64,000 bases of DNA from Bacteroidales bacterium (GTDB lineage: Bacteria > Bacteroidota > Bacteroidia > Bacteroidales > G3-4614), in assembly GCA_017935575.1 (NCBI GenBank), contig JAGBHI010000091.1, positions 9,094 to 73,093 of the forward strand. Direction: 5' to 3'. Every line of letters starts with the position of its first letter. The stretch's first letter is position 1. This document shows positions 1 through 8,030 of the stretch, one piece after another. The position numbers and the translations under genes were made by a program. The notes beneath the pieces are model-generated. The model was not told the origin of the DNA, did not search any database, and worked only from the letters and a program-made list of their open reading frames with translations.

Positions 1-88
1 GAGTAGATCTCTTAATTCCCACATAATCAGCAAATTCACCATCACTTAAATGTTCTGCCGAAATTATCTCTTTAATTCTGTTATTCAT
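1..88 (-). CDS. HTH (XRE-like) DNA-binding protein, N-terminal fragment; the gene runs off the window start
   Basis: Not in the ORF track. Reverse-strand ATG at 86-88 translates to MNNRIKEIISAEHLSDGEFADYVGIKRST..., which resembles the N-termini of Bacteroidota helix-turn-helix regulators (I-K-x-I-I ... F-A-D-x-x-G-I-x-R-S). Only 29 codons are visible. Confidence 0.5.
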   Translation of the reverse strand, partial: MNNRIKEIISAEHLSDGEFADYVGIKRST

Positions 89-110
89 ATCAAAATAGAA
101 TAATGTTTTT

Positions 111-571
111 ACAAATATTTATTTGTTACAAATGTAATAATAATTTTACAATATACATATATAAGTCAATAATATTTACATATATATTTGTGTATAATTT
201 TTACATTTGTAGCATATATAATAAATCAAAACAACACAAATACACCCAAATCAATTAAAGTAATAATCAATATATTATATACTATTTTATTGATTATATG
301 CATATTACGCAAATTATATTACATATATTTTACATATAAACAATACTATTAATAATAATACTTATCTTATAGTTTATATAAATAGCATTATATTGCTGGT
401 TTTCTGTTATTTATATACTACAAACAGCATGAACTAAACAGCAAAATAACCATATTTACATATATATTTGAAATAATAAATAGATACCTTCTTAAGAATT
501 ATATATGTAATATTATTTTACAATAAAGTTACATTTACAGATGTAAATTACACTATTTTATACAAATGTAA
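111..571. repeat. Cluster of TTACA-N2-TGTAA type dyads and an exact 19-nt direct repeat inside an ORF-free AT-rich spacer
   Basis: Dyads read directly: 111-126 ACAAATA-TT-TATTTGT; 126-137 TTACAAATGTAA; 201-212 TTACATTTGTAg; 535-546 TTACAGATGTAA; 560-571 aTACAAATGTAA. Direct repeat ATATTTACATATATATTTG at 172-190 and 452-470. TTACATATAT also occurs at 319-328, and inverted at 501-510. Confidence 0.6.
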
Positions 572-847
572 ATTTATAATTGTAATTTTATATAGAGTAC
601 TTATGTGAAAGAAAATTTCAGTTTTAATTCTGATTGTAAGTGGATACTTTTGACAAGATATTCCGAAAAGCAGATGAAGTAAGAAAAATGACAACAATCT
701 ATTTTCATAACAATAATCATTAACTATTTACTCTAATAGTTAATTCTCCCCTATTTTTATATTATATCTCTATTAAAAAGCATATCTATTTACCCCAAAA
801 GCGAGATTTTAAGAGATATTTTTATTTTATACGGACGGAGGATAATG

Positions 848-891
848 CATAAAAACAAACAAGCAACTAATTATCAAATGATTAGTTGCTT
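848..891 (-). terminator. Rho-independent terminator downstream of holA
   Basis: 11-bp perfect stem AAGCAACTAAT (861-871) / ATTAGTTGCTT (881-891). On the minus strand it is followed by GTTTGTTTTTAT (848-860). It lies about 90 nt past the holA stop. Confidence 0.6.
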
Positions 892-983
892 ATTTCGGAT
901 ATTTTGAGCTTATTTCCTTACGATATTTATTAGTTCCCCTATATATTTAAGGATATTTTATCTCTATTTTAATGCTAATTTCA

Positions 984-2000
984 TTAATGCATAATTTTAT
1001 AAACAAGTTCTCGAAGCAATGCTGCATCTGTGATAGATGTAGGAACTCCTACCCCTTTTGATTTAGCATCGTATTCTCTTAGCATTGCAATTATATCAAC
1101 ACATTTAAATACATTATAATTTGTCATGGCCTTTTTATAATCCTTAAGCTGATATTGATTTCTTAAATTCAAATCTTTTATCAGACCCATATCACTCTTG
1201 TCTTTTGCATAGTATGCAAGTAACAAATTTGAGAACAAATTAAACAAAATACTTATGGTAGGAATTATTGAATTGTTTTTAGGATTACTTTCAAAATAAT
1301 TTATTATCCTGTTAGCTTTATATGAATCTTTGTTTATTATAGCAGCCTGTAGTTCAAAATTATTATAATCCTTACTTATTCCAATATGCTCTTCAACAAG
1401 TAATGCCGATATTTCTTTCTCACCCTGAGATACTATAAAGAGTTTGTTTAATTCTCCTGTAATTCTATTAAGATCGTTACCTATAAAATCAGACAACATT
1501 GATACTGCTTTAGGCTCTATCTCAAAAGAGTGTTCACTTGCATAATTAGTTATAAATACAGGTAATTGATTATCATATAATTTCTTCGATTCATATACCT
1601 CTCCAACCTTTTCAATAGCGGATATCAGTTTTTTATTTTTAAGAAGACCTCCTTTATAACATATTACAAACACGGTTGTAGGCTGAACCTCTTCGGCATA
1701 ATATATAAGCTCTTTAATCCCATCTAACATTTGAGCCTCTTTTACTACAATGAGTTGACGCTGAGCCATCATCGGATATCGTTTCGCTGCATTTATAAGA
1801 GACGAAACTTCAACATCAATTCCATACAGTATTGTCTGATTAAAATCTCTTTCAGAATCATCAAGAGCATTAGCAACAATGGCATCTGTAATAACATCTA
1901 TATAATATGGCTCATCGCCCATTAATAGATATATTGGCTTAAATATTCCTTTAGTTACAGACGAAAGTATCTGACTATATTTATCTTGTACCGCTGCCAT
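984..2000 (-). CDS. holA: DNA polymerase III subunit delta
   Basis: ORF 984-2048. The length and the N-terminal KPIYLLMGDEPYYID...RDFN motif region are typical of HolA. The likely true start is ATG 1998-2000 (MAAVQDKY...); the longer 2048 start adds an atypical 16 aa. Confidence 0.85.
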   Translation of the reverse strand: MAAVQDKYSQILSSVTKGIFKPIYLLMGDEPYYIDVITDAIVANALDDSERDFNQTILYGIDVEVSSLINAAKRYPMMAQRQLIVVKEAQMLDGIKELIYYAEEVQPTTVFVICYKGGLLKNKKLISAIEKVGEVYESKKLYDNQLPVFITNYASEHSFEIEPKAVSMLSDFIGNDLNRITGELNKLFIVSQGEKEISALLVEEHIGISKDYNNFELQAAIINKDSYKANRIINYFESNPKNNSIIPTISILFNLFSNLLLAYYAKDKSDMGLIKDLNLRNQYQLKDYKKAMTNYNVFKCVDIIAMLREYDAKSKGVGVPTSITDAALLRELVYKIMH

Positions 2001-2144
2001 TTTATACAAAAGAAGATTGTGATTTTGCTTATTTTTATTTAAGGTCATTCCGTAAATTAAACCAACTCTATTTTTGTTTTATTTAGTTGTCTATTTTTTT
2101 GTAATTTATAGAACTTGCCTTAATTTTGATGTAAAATTAATCAA

Positions 2145-2152
2145 TATATTTG
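2145..2152 (+). promoter_or_regulatory. Candidate Bacteroidota -7 promoter box (TATATTTG) for the HsdR_N-domain gene
   Basis: Matches the TAnnTTTG consensus, 31 nt upstream of ATG 2183. A second match, TAATTTTG, lies at 2121-2128. Confidence 0.4.
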
Positions 2153-2182
2153 TGTATCGCAAACAATAAAGATAGATATATA

Positions 2183-2638
2183 ATGGAGTTAAATTTACCC
2201 TCATTTAATTTTACCATCAAAGAGGAAAATGGGAAATTATATATACTTGACAATATAAGAAAACGTTTTGTAAAACTTACCCCCGAAGAGGAGGTAAGGC
2301 AACGTTTTGTTGCCATGTTAATATCTGCAAAAGGATATCCTGCCGGCAGAATAGGAAATGAAATATCCTTGTCGCTTAATGGGACAAAACGAAGATGCGA
2401 TACACTAATATTTGATAATTTAGGAAATCCTTGCGCTATAATTGAATATAAGGCTCCGGATATTATAATTACCCAAGAGGTATTTAATCAAATAACACGT
2501 TACAACTATGTATTTAAGGTAAAATATATAATTGTAAGTAATGGTTTACAACATTTTTGTTGTAAAATAGATTACCTCAACAATAGTTATACATTCCTTA
2601 AAGATATTCCTGAGTATAGCACCATTATTAACAATTAG
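2183..2638 (+). CDS. Stand-alone type I restriction enzyme HsdR N-terminal (PD-(D/E)xK nuclease-like) domain protein
   Basis: ORF 2150-2638 starts at TTG, which overlaps the promoter box, so ATG 2183 (MELNLPSFNF) is preferred. The CDTLIFD...AIIEYKAPD motif fits a D...ExK nuclease core. About 150-aa proteins of this family lie divergent from holA in many Bacteroidota. Confidence 0.7.
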   Translation: MELNLPSFNFTIKEENGKLYILDNIRKRFVKLTPEEEVRQRFVAMLISAKGYPAGRIGNEISLSLNGTKRRCDTLIFDNLGNPCAIIEYKAPDIIITQEVFNQITRYNYVFKVKYIIVSNGLQHFCCKIDYLNNSYTFLKDIPEYSTIINN

Positions 2639-2673
2639 AATAACACTCAAAAGTACTAAACTATTAACACAAC

Positions 2674-2703
2674 AATGGCTGCACTTTAAAAAGCACAGCC
2701 ATT
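2674..2703. terminator. Hairpin between convergent genes (bidirectional terminator candidate)
   Basis: AATGGCTG (2674-2681) pairs with CAGCCATT (2696-2703), followed by ATTTGAT on the plus strand. Confidence 0.4.
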
Positions 2704-2729
2704 ATTTGATATTAAATCATAAATATATA

Positions 2730-3476
2730 CTACTCTACTCCTGCCAATTCAGGGTCAATCATAATTCTTCCACAATACTCACAAACAATTATTTTCTTGC
2801 GAAGTTTAATATCCATTTGTCTTTGTGGTGGAATTTTATTAAAGCAACCGCCACATGCGTCGCGTTGGATATATACAATACCAAGACCGTTACGAGCATT
2901 TTTACGAATTCTCTTGAATGATGCCAATAATCTTGGTTCTATCTCTTGCTCTAATACTTTAACTTGTTCTCTAACTTTCTCCTCTTCTTGACGAGTTTCA
3001 GCTATAATTTCATCTAACTCATTACGTTTCTCTTGGAAATCTGCTTTACGGTCAGCAAGAAGTTGTTGCAACTCTTCAATTTCTGATTTTCTGTCGTTAA
3101 TCAACTTTGTTAAATCGCGAACTTTTTTCTCTAAAACCTCTATCTCCAAACCTTGATATTCTATCTCATGAGTAAGGTGATCAAACTCTTTGTTGTTACG
3201 AACATTATTTTGTTGCTCTTTGTACTTTTCAATAAGGGCTTGAGCCTCTTGAATTCCAACTTTGTGCGATGCAACTGAAGTGTTAAACTCCTTAATATCA
3301 TTTTTGTAGTTTTCCAAACGAGTTTCAAGACCTATAATACTATCTTCTAAGTCTTTCACCTCTAATGGTAACTCACCTCTTAGAGTTTTGATTCTATCAA
3401 TCTCTGAAAGTAAAGTTTGCAAATCGTATAGAGCTTTTAAACGCTCTTCTACTGTGTACTCTTTCTCCTTAGCCAT
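2730..3476 (-). CDS. Coiled-coil protein with C-terminal C4 zinc ribbon (COG1579/DUF164 family)
   Basis: Long heptad-like E/K/L-rich body ending in CGGCFNKIPPQ...VCEYCGRI (two CxxC pairs). It shows the conserved pairing with an upstream Nif3-family gene. Confidence 0.8.
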   Translation of the reverse strand: MAKEKEYTVEERLKALYDLQTLLSEIDRIKTLRGELPLEVKDLEDSIIGLETRLENYKNDIKEFNTSVASHKVGIQEAQALIEKYKEQQNNVRNNKEFDHLTHEIEYQGLEIEVLEKKVRDLTKLINDRKSEIEELQQLLADRKADFQEKRNELDEIIAETRQEEEKVREQVKVLEQEIEPRLLASFKRIRKNARNGLGIVYIQRDACGGCFNKIPPQRQMDIKLRKKIIVCEYCGRIMIDPELAGVE

Positions 3477-3483
3477 ATATCAA

Positions 3484-4578
3484 TTATAAATAATTTATCG
3501 GGTTTGTTTCCACATTTGTATATTGAACTGCAAAATTAGGAAATTTTTTTGTAATAATATCACAAAAAATGTCTTTTGTGTACTGTTCGGTCTCATAATG
3601 TCCTGCTTCTACCATAAGAATCTGTCCATCTGCCATAAAATAGTTATGATAACCAACCTCTCCTGTTATAAAAGCATCGGCTTTTACCCTTAATGCTTCA
3701 TCAAAAAGGAATGCACCGGAACCTCCACAAAGAGCCACTCTTTTAATTTTTTTACCTGTTAATGACGAATATTTTAATGCCCCTACATGAAAAACATTCT
3801 TTACCATAGTAAGAAAATCTTCTTCATTCATAGGAGCTATCAACTCTCCCACTACTCCACTTCCTGCATAATTGTTGCTATTTGCAAGAGGTATTATATC
3901 GTATGCAGGTTCTTCGTAGGGGTGCGATTGCAACATTGATTTCAATACCTTATTTTTATTATAATCAGGTAATATAACTTCAATACGCACCTCTTTTTCC
4001 TTATGAATTGAGCCTATCTCACCACAATAAGGATTAGCCCCCTCTTTTGCTCGGAATGTTCCGTAGCCCTCCATATTATAACTACACATATCGTAGCTTC
4101 CTATCTCTCCTGCTCCGGAGTTTAATACAGAGTTACGAACCTCATCTGCCGATTCTGTGGGAACAAAAACTGTTAGTTTAAGCATACGCCCGGAGATAGG
4201 CGATAATACCTTAACATCAGACAATCCAAGTTTTTCTGCAATTTTAAAGTTTACCCCACCAAATGCATTATCAAGATTTGTATGAGCTGAATAGATAGCA
4301 ATATCATTCTTTATAGCCTTTATTATAGCACGCTCAATATAATTTTTGCCTGTAATGCTCTTGATACTCTTAAATATCAATGGGTGGTGAGATATTACAA
4401 GATTTAAACCATTTTCTATTGCCTCATCAATAATATCTTCTGTTACATCAATACACAATAAAGCCCCTGTAGCCTCATTGTTTTTATTACCCACCTGCAA
4501 GCCGGCATTGTCATAACTCTCTTGCAATGGTAATGGTGCAACCTCTTCAATTACAGATATTATCTCTGATATTTTCAT
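3484..4578 (-). CDS. Nif3-like dinuclear metal centre protein (GTP cyclohydrolase 1 type 2 homolog)
   Basis: ORF 3484-4605. DNAGLQVG, ISHHPLIF, AIYSAHTNLD and EAGHYETE motifs are typical of NIF3/YbgI. The likely start is ATG 4576-4578 (MKISEII), which removes the overlap with aspS. Confidence 0.85.
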   Translation of the reverse strand: MKISEIISVIEEVAPLPLQESYDNAGLQVGNKNNEATGALLCIDVTEDIIDEAIENGLNLVISHHPLIFKSIKSITGKNYIERAIIKAIKNDIAIYSAHTNLDNAFGGVNFKIAEKLGLSDVKVLSPISGRMLKLTVFVPTESADEVRNSVLNSGAGEIGSYDMCSYNMEGYGTFRAKEGANPYCGEIGSIHKEKEVRIEVILPDYNKNKVLKSMLQSHPYEEPAYDIIPLANSNNYAGSGVVGELIAPMNEEDFLTMVKNVFHVGALKYSSLTGKKIKRVALCGGSGAFLFDEALRVKADAFITGEVGYHNYFMADGQILMVEAGHYETEQYTKDIFCDIITKKFPNFAVQYTNVETNPINYL

Positions 4579-4588
4579 TATATGGTTT

Positions 4589-6343
4589 TTATGCCTGTAA
4601 ATCAAGTTTAATTTGTAGCTCTTTTAACTGAGCATCATCAATAATAGAGGGAGCACCACTCATCGTATCGCGTCCTGAATTATTTTTGGGGAATGCTATA
4701 CAATCTCTGATTGAATCAAGACCTGCAAGAAGAGAGACAAAACGGTCAAGACCAAAAGCCAAACCTCCATGAGGAGGAGCTCCATACTTAAAGGCGTCCA
4801 TTAAGAAGCCAAATTGATAGTGTGCTTGTTCTTGTGTAAAGCCCAATATCTCAAACATTTTATCTTGTAGAGCACTATCGTGAATACGTATTGAACCACC
4901 ACCTAACTCAACTCCATTAAATACCATATCATAAGCATTTGCTCTAACGGCACCGGGGTTACTATCCAATAGTGCAATATCCTCCGGTTTGGGCGAAGTA
5001 AATGGGTGATGCATTGCATAATAGCGTTGTGTTTCATCGTCCCACTCCAATAACGGGAAGTCAATTATCCACAATGGAGCAAATACATTTTTATCGCGCA
5101 ACCCAAGGCGATTACCCATTTCAAGGCGTAACTCACAAAGAGCCTTACGAGTTTTTGATGTCTCGCCTGCCAATATTAACAATAAATCTCCAGGTTGTGC
5201 ATCAAAACGTTCTGCCCAAAGTTTAAGGTCTTCTTGCGAATAGAACTTATCAACTGATGATTTATAAGTTCCTCCCTCTTCGCACTTAACATAAACCAAA
5301 CCTTTTGCACCCACTTGTGGACGTTTTACGAACTCAGTCAATTCATCAATTTGCTTACGAGTATAAGCAGCACAACCTTTGGCGCAAATACCTCCTACGT
5401 ATGGAACAGAATCAAATACAACAAAGTTCTTGCCCTCAGTCAAATCTTTAAGCTCAACAAACTTCATTTCAAAACGGATATCAGGTTTATCGCTTCCGTA
5501 ATATTTCATAGCATCATGCCAAGTCATACGAGGGAAGTTTCCTTCAAACTCAATACCCTTAATTGCCTTAAATACATGTTTTGTCATATTCTCAAATATG
5601 TTAAGCACATCTTCTTGCTCAACAAAAGACATTTCGCAGTCAATTTGAGTAAACTCAGGCTGGCGGTCAGCACGTAAATCCTCATCGCGGAAACATTTTG
5701 CAATTTGGAAGTAACGGTCAAATCCCGAAACCATAAGCAATTGCTTAAATGTTTGTGGTGATTGAGGAAGAGCATAAAACTCTCCGGGATTCATTCTTGA
5801 AGGGACAACAAAGTCTCTTGCTCCCTCAGGAGTTGATTTTATAAGAATTGGAGTTTCAATCTCCAAAAAGTTTTCAGAATCTAAGAAACGGCGTACCTCA
5901 AATGCCAACTTATGACGTAATTCAAGATTTTTACGCACACAATCGCGACGTAAATCCAGGAAACGGTATTGCATACGCAAATCGTCACCACCATCGCTCT
6001 CATCTTCAATAGTAAAAGGAGGTGTATCAGATGTACTCAAAATAGTTAGTTCCGATACTATAATTTCAATATCACCGGTAGGTATATTAGCATTTTTACT
6101 ATAGCGCTCCTTTACAACACCTTTAACCTGTATTACATACTCACGACCAATATGATTTGCTGTTTCACAAAGAGCAGCATCAACCTCTTGATTAAATACC
6201 AACTGAGTAATACCGTAACGGTCGCGAAGGTCAATAAATGTCATTCCACCCATTTTTCTGACTCTCTGTACCCAACCCGATAATACAACTTCTCTATCAA
6301 CATCGGTCATACGCAACTGACCGCAAGTATCTGTTCTAAACAT
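4589..6343 (-). CDS. aspS: Aspartate--tRNA ligase
   Basis: 584 aa. Class II motifs [33 protein letters not shown] and GGLAFGLDR, plus an N-terminal OB-fold region. Confidence 0.97.
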   Translation of the reverse strand: MFRTDTCGQLRMTDVDREVVLSGWVQRVRKMGGMTFIDLRDRYGITQLVFNQEVDAALCETANHIGREYVIQVKGVVKERYSKNANIPTGDIEIIVSELTILSTSDTPPFTIEDESDGGDDLRMQYRFLDLRRDCVRKNLELRHKLAFEVRRFLDSENFLEIETPILIKSTPEGARDFVVPSRMNPGEFYALPQSPQTFKQLLMVSGFDRYFQIAKCFRDEDLRADRQPEFTQIDCEMSFVEQEDVLNIFENMTKHVFKAIKGIEFEGNFPRMTWHDAMKYYGSDKPDIRFEMKFVELKDLTEGKNFVVFDSVPYVGGICAKGCAAYTRKQIDELTEFVKRPQVGAKGLVYVKCEEGGTYKSSVDKFYSQEDLKLWAERFDAQPGDLLLILAGETSKTRKALCELRLEMGNRLGLRDKNVFAPLWIIDFPLLEWDDETQRYYAMHHPFTSPKPEDIALLDSNPGAVRANAYDMVFNGVELGGGSIRIHDSALQDKMFEILGFTQEQAHYQFGFLMDAFKYGAPPHGGLAFGLDRFVSLLAGLDSIRDCIAFPKNNSGRDTMSGAPSIIDDAQLKELQIKLDLQA

Positions 6344-6396
6344 TGTTTTATATTGAATTCAATTATTACACAAATAAATTTAAATTTATCAATTTA

Positions 6397-6404
6397 CAAA
6401 GTTA
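6397..6404 (-). promoter_or_regulatory. Candidate -7 box (TAACTTTG on the minus strand) for aspS
   Basis: Plus-strand caaagtta is the reverse complement TAACTTTG, about 54 nt upstream of the aspS ATG. Confidence 0.35.
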
Positions 6405-6492
6405 TGAAATTTTAGGGGTTTTATCAATAGAGCATAGTAATAAATTCATATAAAAAAAACACGGCATAGCAATTAACTGCTATGCCGTATGG

Positions 6493-6569
6493 TGGTCGGG
6501 GTGACAGGATTCGAACCTGCGACCACCTGGTCCCAAACCAGGTGCGCTACCGGACTGCGCTACGCCCCG
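6493..6569 (-). tRNA. tRNA-Pro (anticodon UGG)
   Basis: The reverse complement folds as CGGGGCG-TA-GCGC-AGTCCGGTA-GCGC-A-CCTGG-TTTGGGA-CCAGG-TGGTC-GCAGG-TTCGAAT-CCTGT-CACCCCG-A-CCA, with an encoded CCA. One C6-A67 mismatch in the acceptor stem. Confidence 0.93.
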
Positions 6570-6586
6570 TCCTTTGTTTTGCGTTG

Positions 6587-6594
6587 CAAAGATA
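6587..6594 (-). promoter_or_regulatory. Candidate -7 box (TATCTTTG on the minus strand) for tRNA-Pro
   Basis: Plus-strand caaagata sits 18 nt upstream of the tRNA 5' end. Confidence 0.45.
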
Positions 6595-6633
6595 ATACTT
6601 ATTTATTAAATAACAAAATTTATAATACAATTA

Positions 6634-6668
6634 AGAGAAAAAAAACGGAGATTTTTTCAATCTCCGTT
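6634..6668 (-). terminator. Rho-independent terminator of the repeat lipoprotein gene
   Basis: AACGGAGAT (6644-6652) / ATCTCCGTT (6660-6668), followed on the minus strand by a T-run (plus-strand A-run 6634-6643). It lies 22 nt past the stop at 6690. Confidence 0.7.
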
Positions 6669-6689
6669 AAATATACTCTTATTGATTTA

Positions 6690-7415
6690 TTATTCCTTAA
6701 CTCCGTTTACAAAAATAGTTACAGGAATATTTACTAAATTTTCATCTCCTAATACAAAAATTTTCAATTTCAAATTGTTTGCATTTATTGAACCTTCAAG
6801 AGAAAAAAGGTATGCGTTATTACCATTAATATTAATAGCTACATCTCCAATCCAAGCATCAGGATCAAAGTTAGGTGTATAAGCTATTGTATAAACATCA
6901 TTACCCTCATTAGTATAAGGAACATCTTGTAGTTCAATATCAAAAGGTGCTTGTAACCCTTGAGGTATATTTGCAAGTTCTCCTAAGTTTATTCCTTTTA
7001 TACTTAAGTCTATTGTATTAGTATTGATTACTATTTGTACATCTTCAGTTATGGTTCCTAAATTCTCACCAGTACCTGCCGCTACTTCCTCTGGGTCACA
7101 TGCCCATACATTAAGCGAACTTGCATATTCTGCTGTTTGATTTTCTGGGATAACAGGTGCGTCTGGAGTTTCAGGATCTGTTGGAGTTTCAGGATCTGTT
7201 GGAGTCTCAGGATCTGTTGGAGTCTCAGGATCTGTTGGAGTCTCAGGATCTGTTGGAGTCTCAGGATCTGTAGAATCTTCTGAACCTCCTCCTGTACCTC
7301 CTTCTGGGACTTGAGGTAATATATTACCATTATCATCATCACCACCACATGAAGTAGTAAAAACTGCAAGCGATAGTGCAGCAACCATACTTAGTGAAAA
7401 CAAAAATTTCTTCAT
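6690..7415 (-). CDS. Hypothetical lipoprotein with a (PETPTD)n tandem-repeat linker
   Basis: Signal peptide plus lipobox (MKKFLFSLSMVAALSLAVFTTSC), then a G/D-rich stretch, six to seven PETPTD repeats and a beta-rich C-terminal domain of about 150 aa. No family recognised. Confidence 0.75.
   Translation of the reverse strand: MKKFLFSLSMVAALSLAVFTTSCGGDDDNGNILPQVPEGGTGGGSEDSTDPETPTDPETPTDPETPTDPETPTDPETPTDPETPDAPVIPENQTAEYASSLNVWACDPEEVAAGTGENLGTITEDVQIVINTNTIDLSIKGINLGELANIPQGLQAPFDIELQDVPYTNEGNDVYTIAYTPNFDPDAWIGDVAININGNNAYLFSLEGSINANNLKLKIFVLGDENLVNIPVTIFVNGVKE
7165..7272. repeat. Six head-to-tail copies of an 18-bp unit (GGAGTYTCAGGATCTGTT), coding
   Basis: Read directly. Units start at 7165, 7183, 7201, 7219, 7237 and 7255. 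The first two carry T at position 6, the rest C, and the last unit ends in A. They encode PETPTD in the minus-strand frame. Confidence 0.95.
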
Positions 7416-7494
7416 AATTTAATTTTTTAGTTATTAACTTGTTTCTTATTCTTCATTAAAACAATTTGAGAATCTTCACATTAGAAGACTCTTG

Positions 7495-7502
7495 CAAAGG
7501 TA
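7495..7502 (-). promoter_or_regulatory. Candidate -7 box (TACCTTTG on the minus strand) for the repeat lipoprotein gene
   Basis: Plus-strand caaaggta, about 80 nt upstream of ATG 7415. Confidence 0.35.
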
Positions 7503-7539
7503 CAAATATTTTCTGGAACGACAATAATTTACTATAGTA

Positions 7540-7591
7540 AAATAAACAAAAGAGATTATAATATAGCCAAAAGGTCATATTATAATCTCTT
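7540..7591 (-). terminator. Rho-independent terminator of the small HTH-like gene
   Basis: 15-bp perfect stem AAGAGATTATAATAT (7550-7564) / ATATTATAATCTCTT (7577-7591), followed on the minus strand by TTGTTTATTT. Confidence 0.7.
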
Positions 7592-7614
7592 AATTTATAA
7601 ATGTTTAATTGAAA

Positions 7615-7875
7615 TTATTTCTCTTCGCCTGCCTCTTGTAATATAGCCATTGCCATATCAAGTATTTGAGTATCATCTAATACTACTATACCTCCATCTG
7701 GACCCGGTTCAATATGCAAACCGCAATTCTCTCCTGTTTTGTAATCGCTTCCCCCAAAATAGTTACGAACTGTCTGAACATCAATATTCAACTCATCTGC
7801 TATTCTGTGAGAAGAACCTTCAGGCAAACTGTTTTTAATTTTTCGCAACTCATTAAATGTTATCATCTTTGTCAT
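7615..7875 (-). CDS. Small putative DNA-binding protein (HTH-like), monocistronic
   Basis: 86 aa. The HRIADELNIDVQTVRNYFGG segment looks like a helix-turn-helix. It has its own terminator and sits between two other terminators. Family not recognised with certainty. Confidence 0.55.
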   Translation of the reverse strand: MTKMITFNELRKIKNSLPEGSSHRIADELNIDVQTVRNYFGGSDYKTGENCGLHIEPGPDGGIVVLDDTQILDMAMAILQEAGEEK

Positions 7876-7972
7876 GGCTACAAATATTTATTAGTTAGTA
7901 ATTTTATTTGTTAACGTAAAACCAACTATTGTTGATTTATGCAATAAAATTAAATAATAATATTTTCAATTA

Positions 7973-8008
7973 CAAAAAAATAAGAGATTATTTTTAAAAA
8001 TAATCTCT
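7973..8008 (-). terminator. Rho-independent terminator after the PAP2 gene (end of the bat-PAP2 transcription unit)
   Basis: 10-bp stem AGAGATTATT (7983-7992) / AATAATCTCT (7999-8008), followed on the minus strand by a T-run (plus-strand acaaaaaat 7973-7981). Confidence 0.65.
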
Positions 8009-8030
8009 CTTTAATTATTTAATATTTTAT

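Noticed and set aside
89-850. Possible replication origin in the AT-rich spacer. A second candidate was the divergent glnS/mutS2 spacer at 26466-26707, where gene orientation flips from mostly minus to mostly plus.
   Set aside because: Only weak DnaA-box-like matches are present (TGTGTATAA at 189-197; GTGGATA at 641-647). No dnaA or dnaN lies nearby, and no DnaA boxes are seen at 26466-26707. Gene orientation is mixed again after 41 kb. GC skew cannot be computed reliably by eye, so this remains only an alternative to test.
845-907. 20-codon ORF (MHKNKQATNYQMISCLFRIF) preceded by a GGAGGA Shine-Dalgarno-like sequence.
   Set aside because: The ORF is made largely of the two arms of the holA terminator hairpin. 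Bacteroidota generally do not rely on SD sequences. No independent support exists.
6489-6737. 82-aa plus-strand ORF.
   Set aside because: It runs through the tRNA-Pro gene and the lipoprotein terminator. The tRNA fold explains the sequence.
7165-7272. Regular short repeats that could be mistaken for a CRISPR array.
   Set aside because: The units are contiguous with no spacers, are only 18 bp long, and are in frame within a lipoprotein gene. No cas genes occur anywhere in the window.
7082-7384. 100-aa minus-strand ORF with QILRLQ repeats.
   Set aside because: It is an alternative reading frame of the 18-bp tandem repeat inside the lipoprotein gene. The lipoprotein frame has the signal peptide, lipobox and a full-length ORF.
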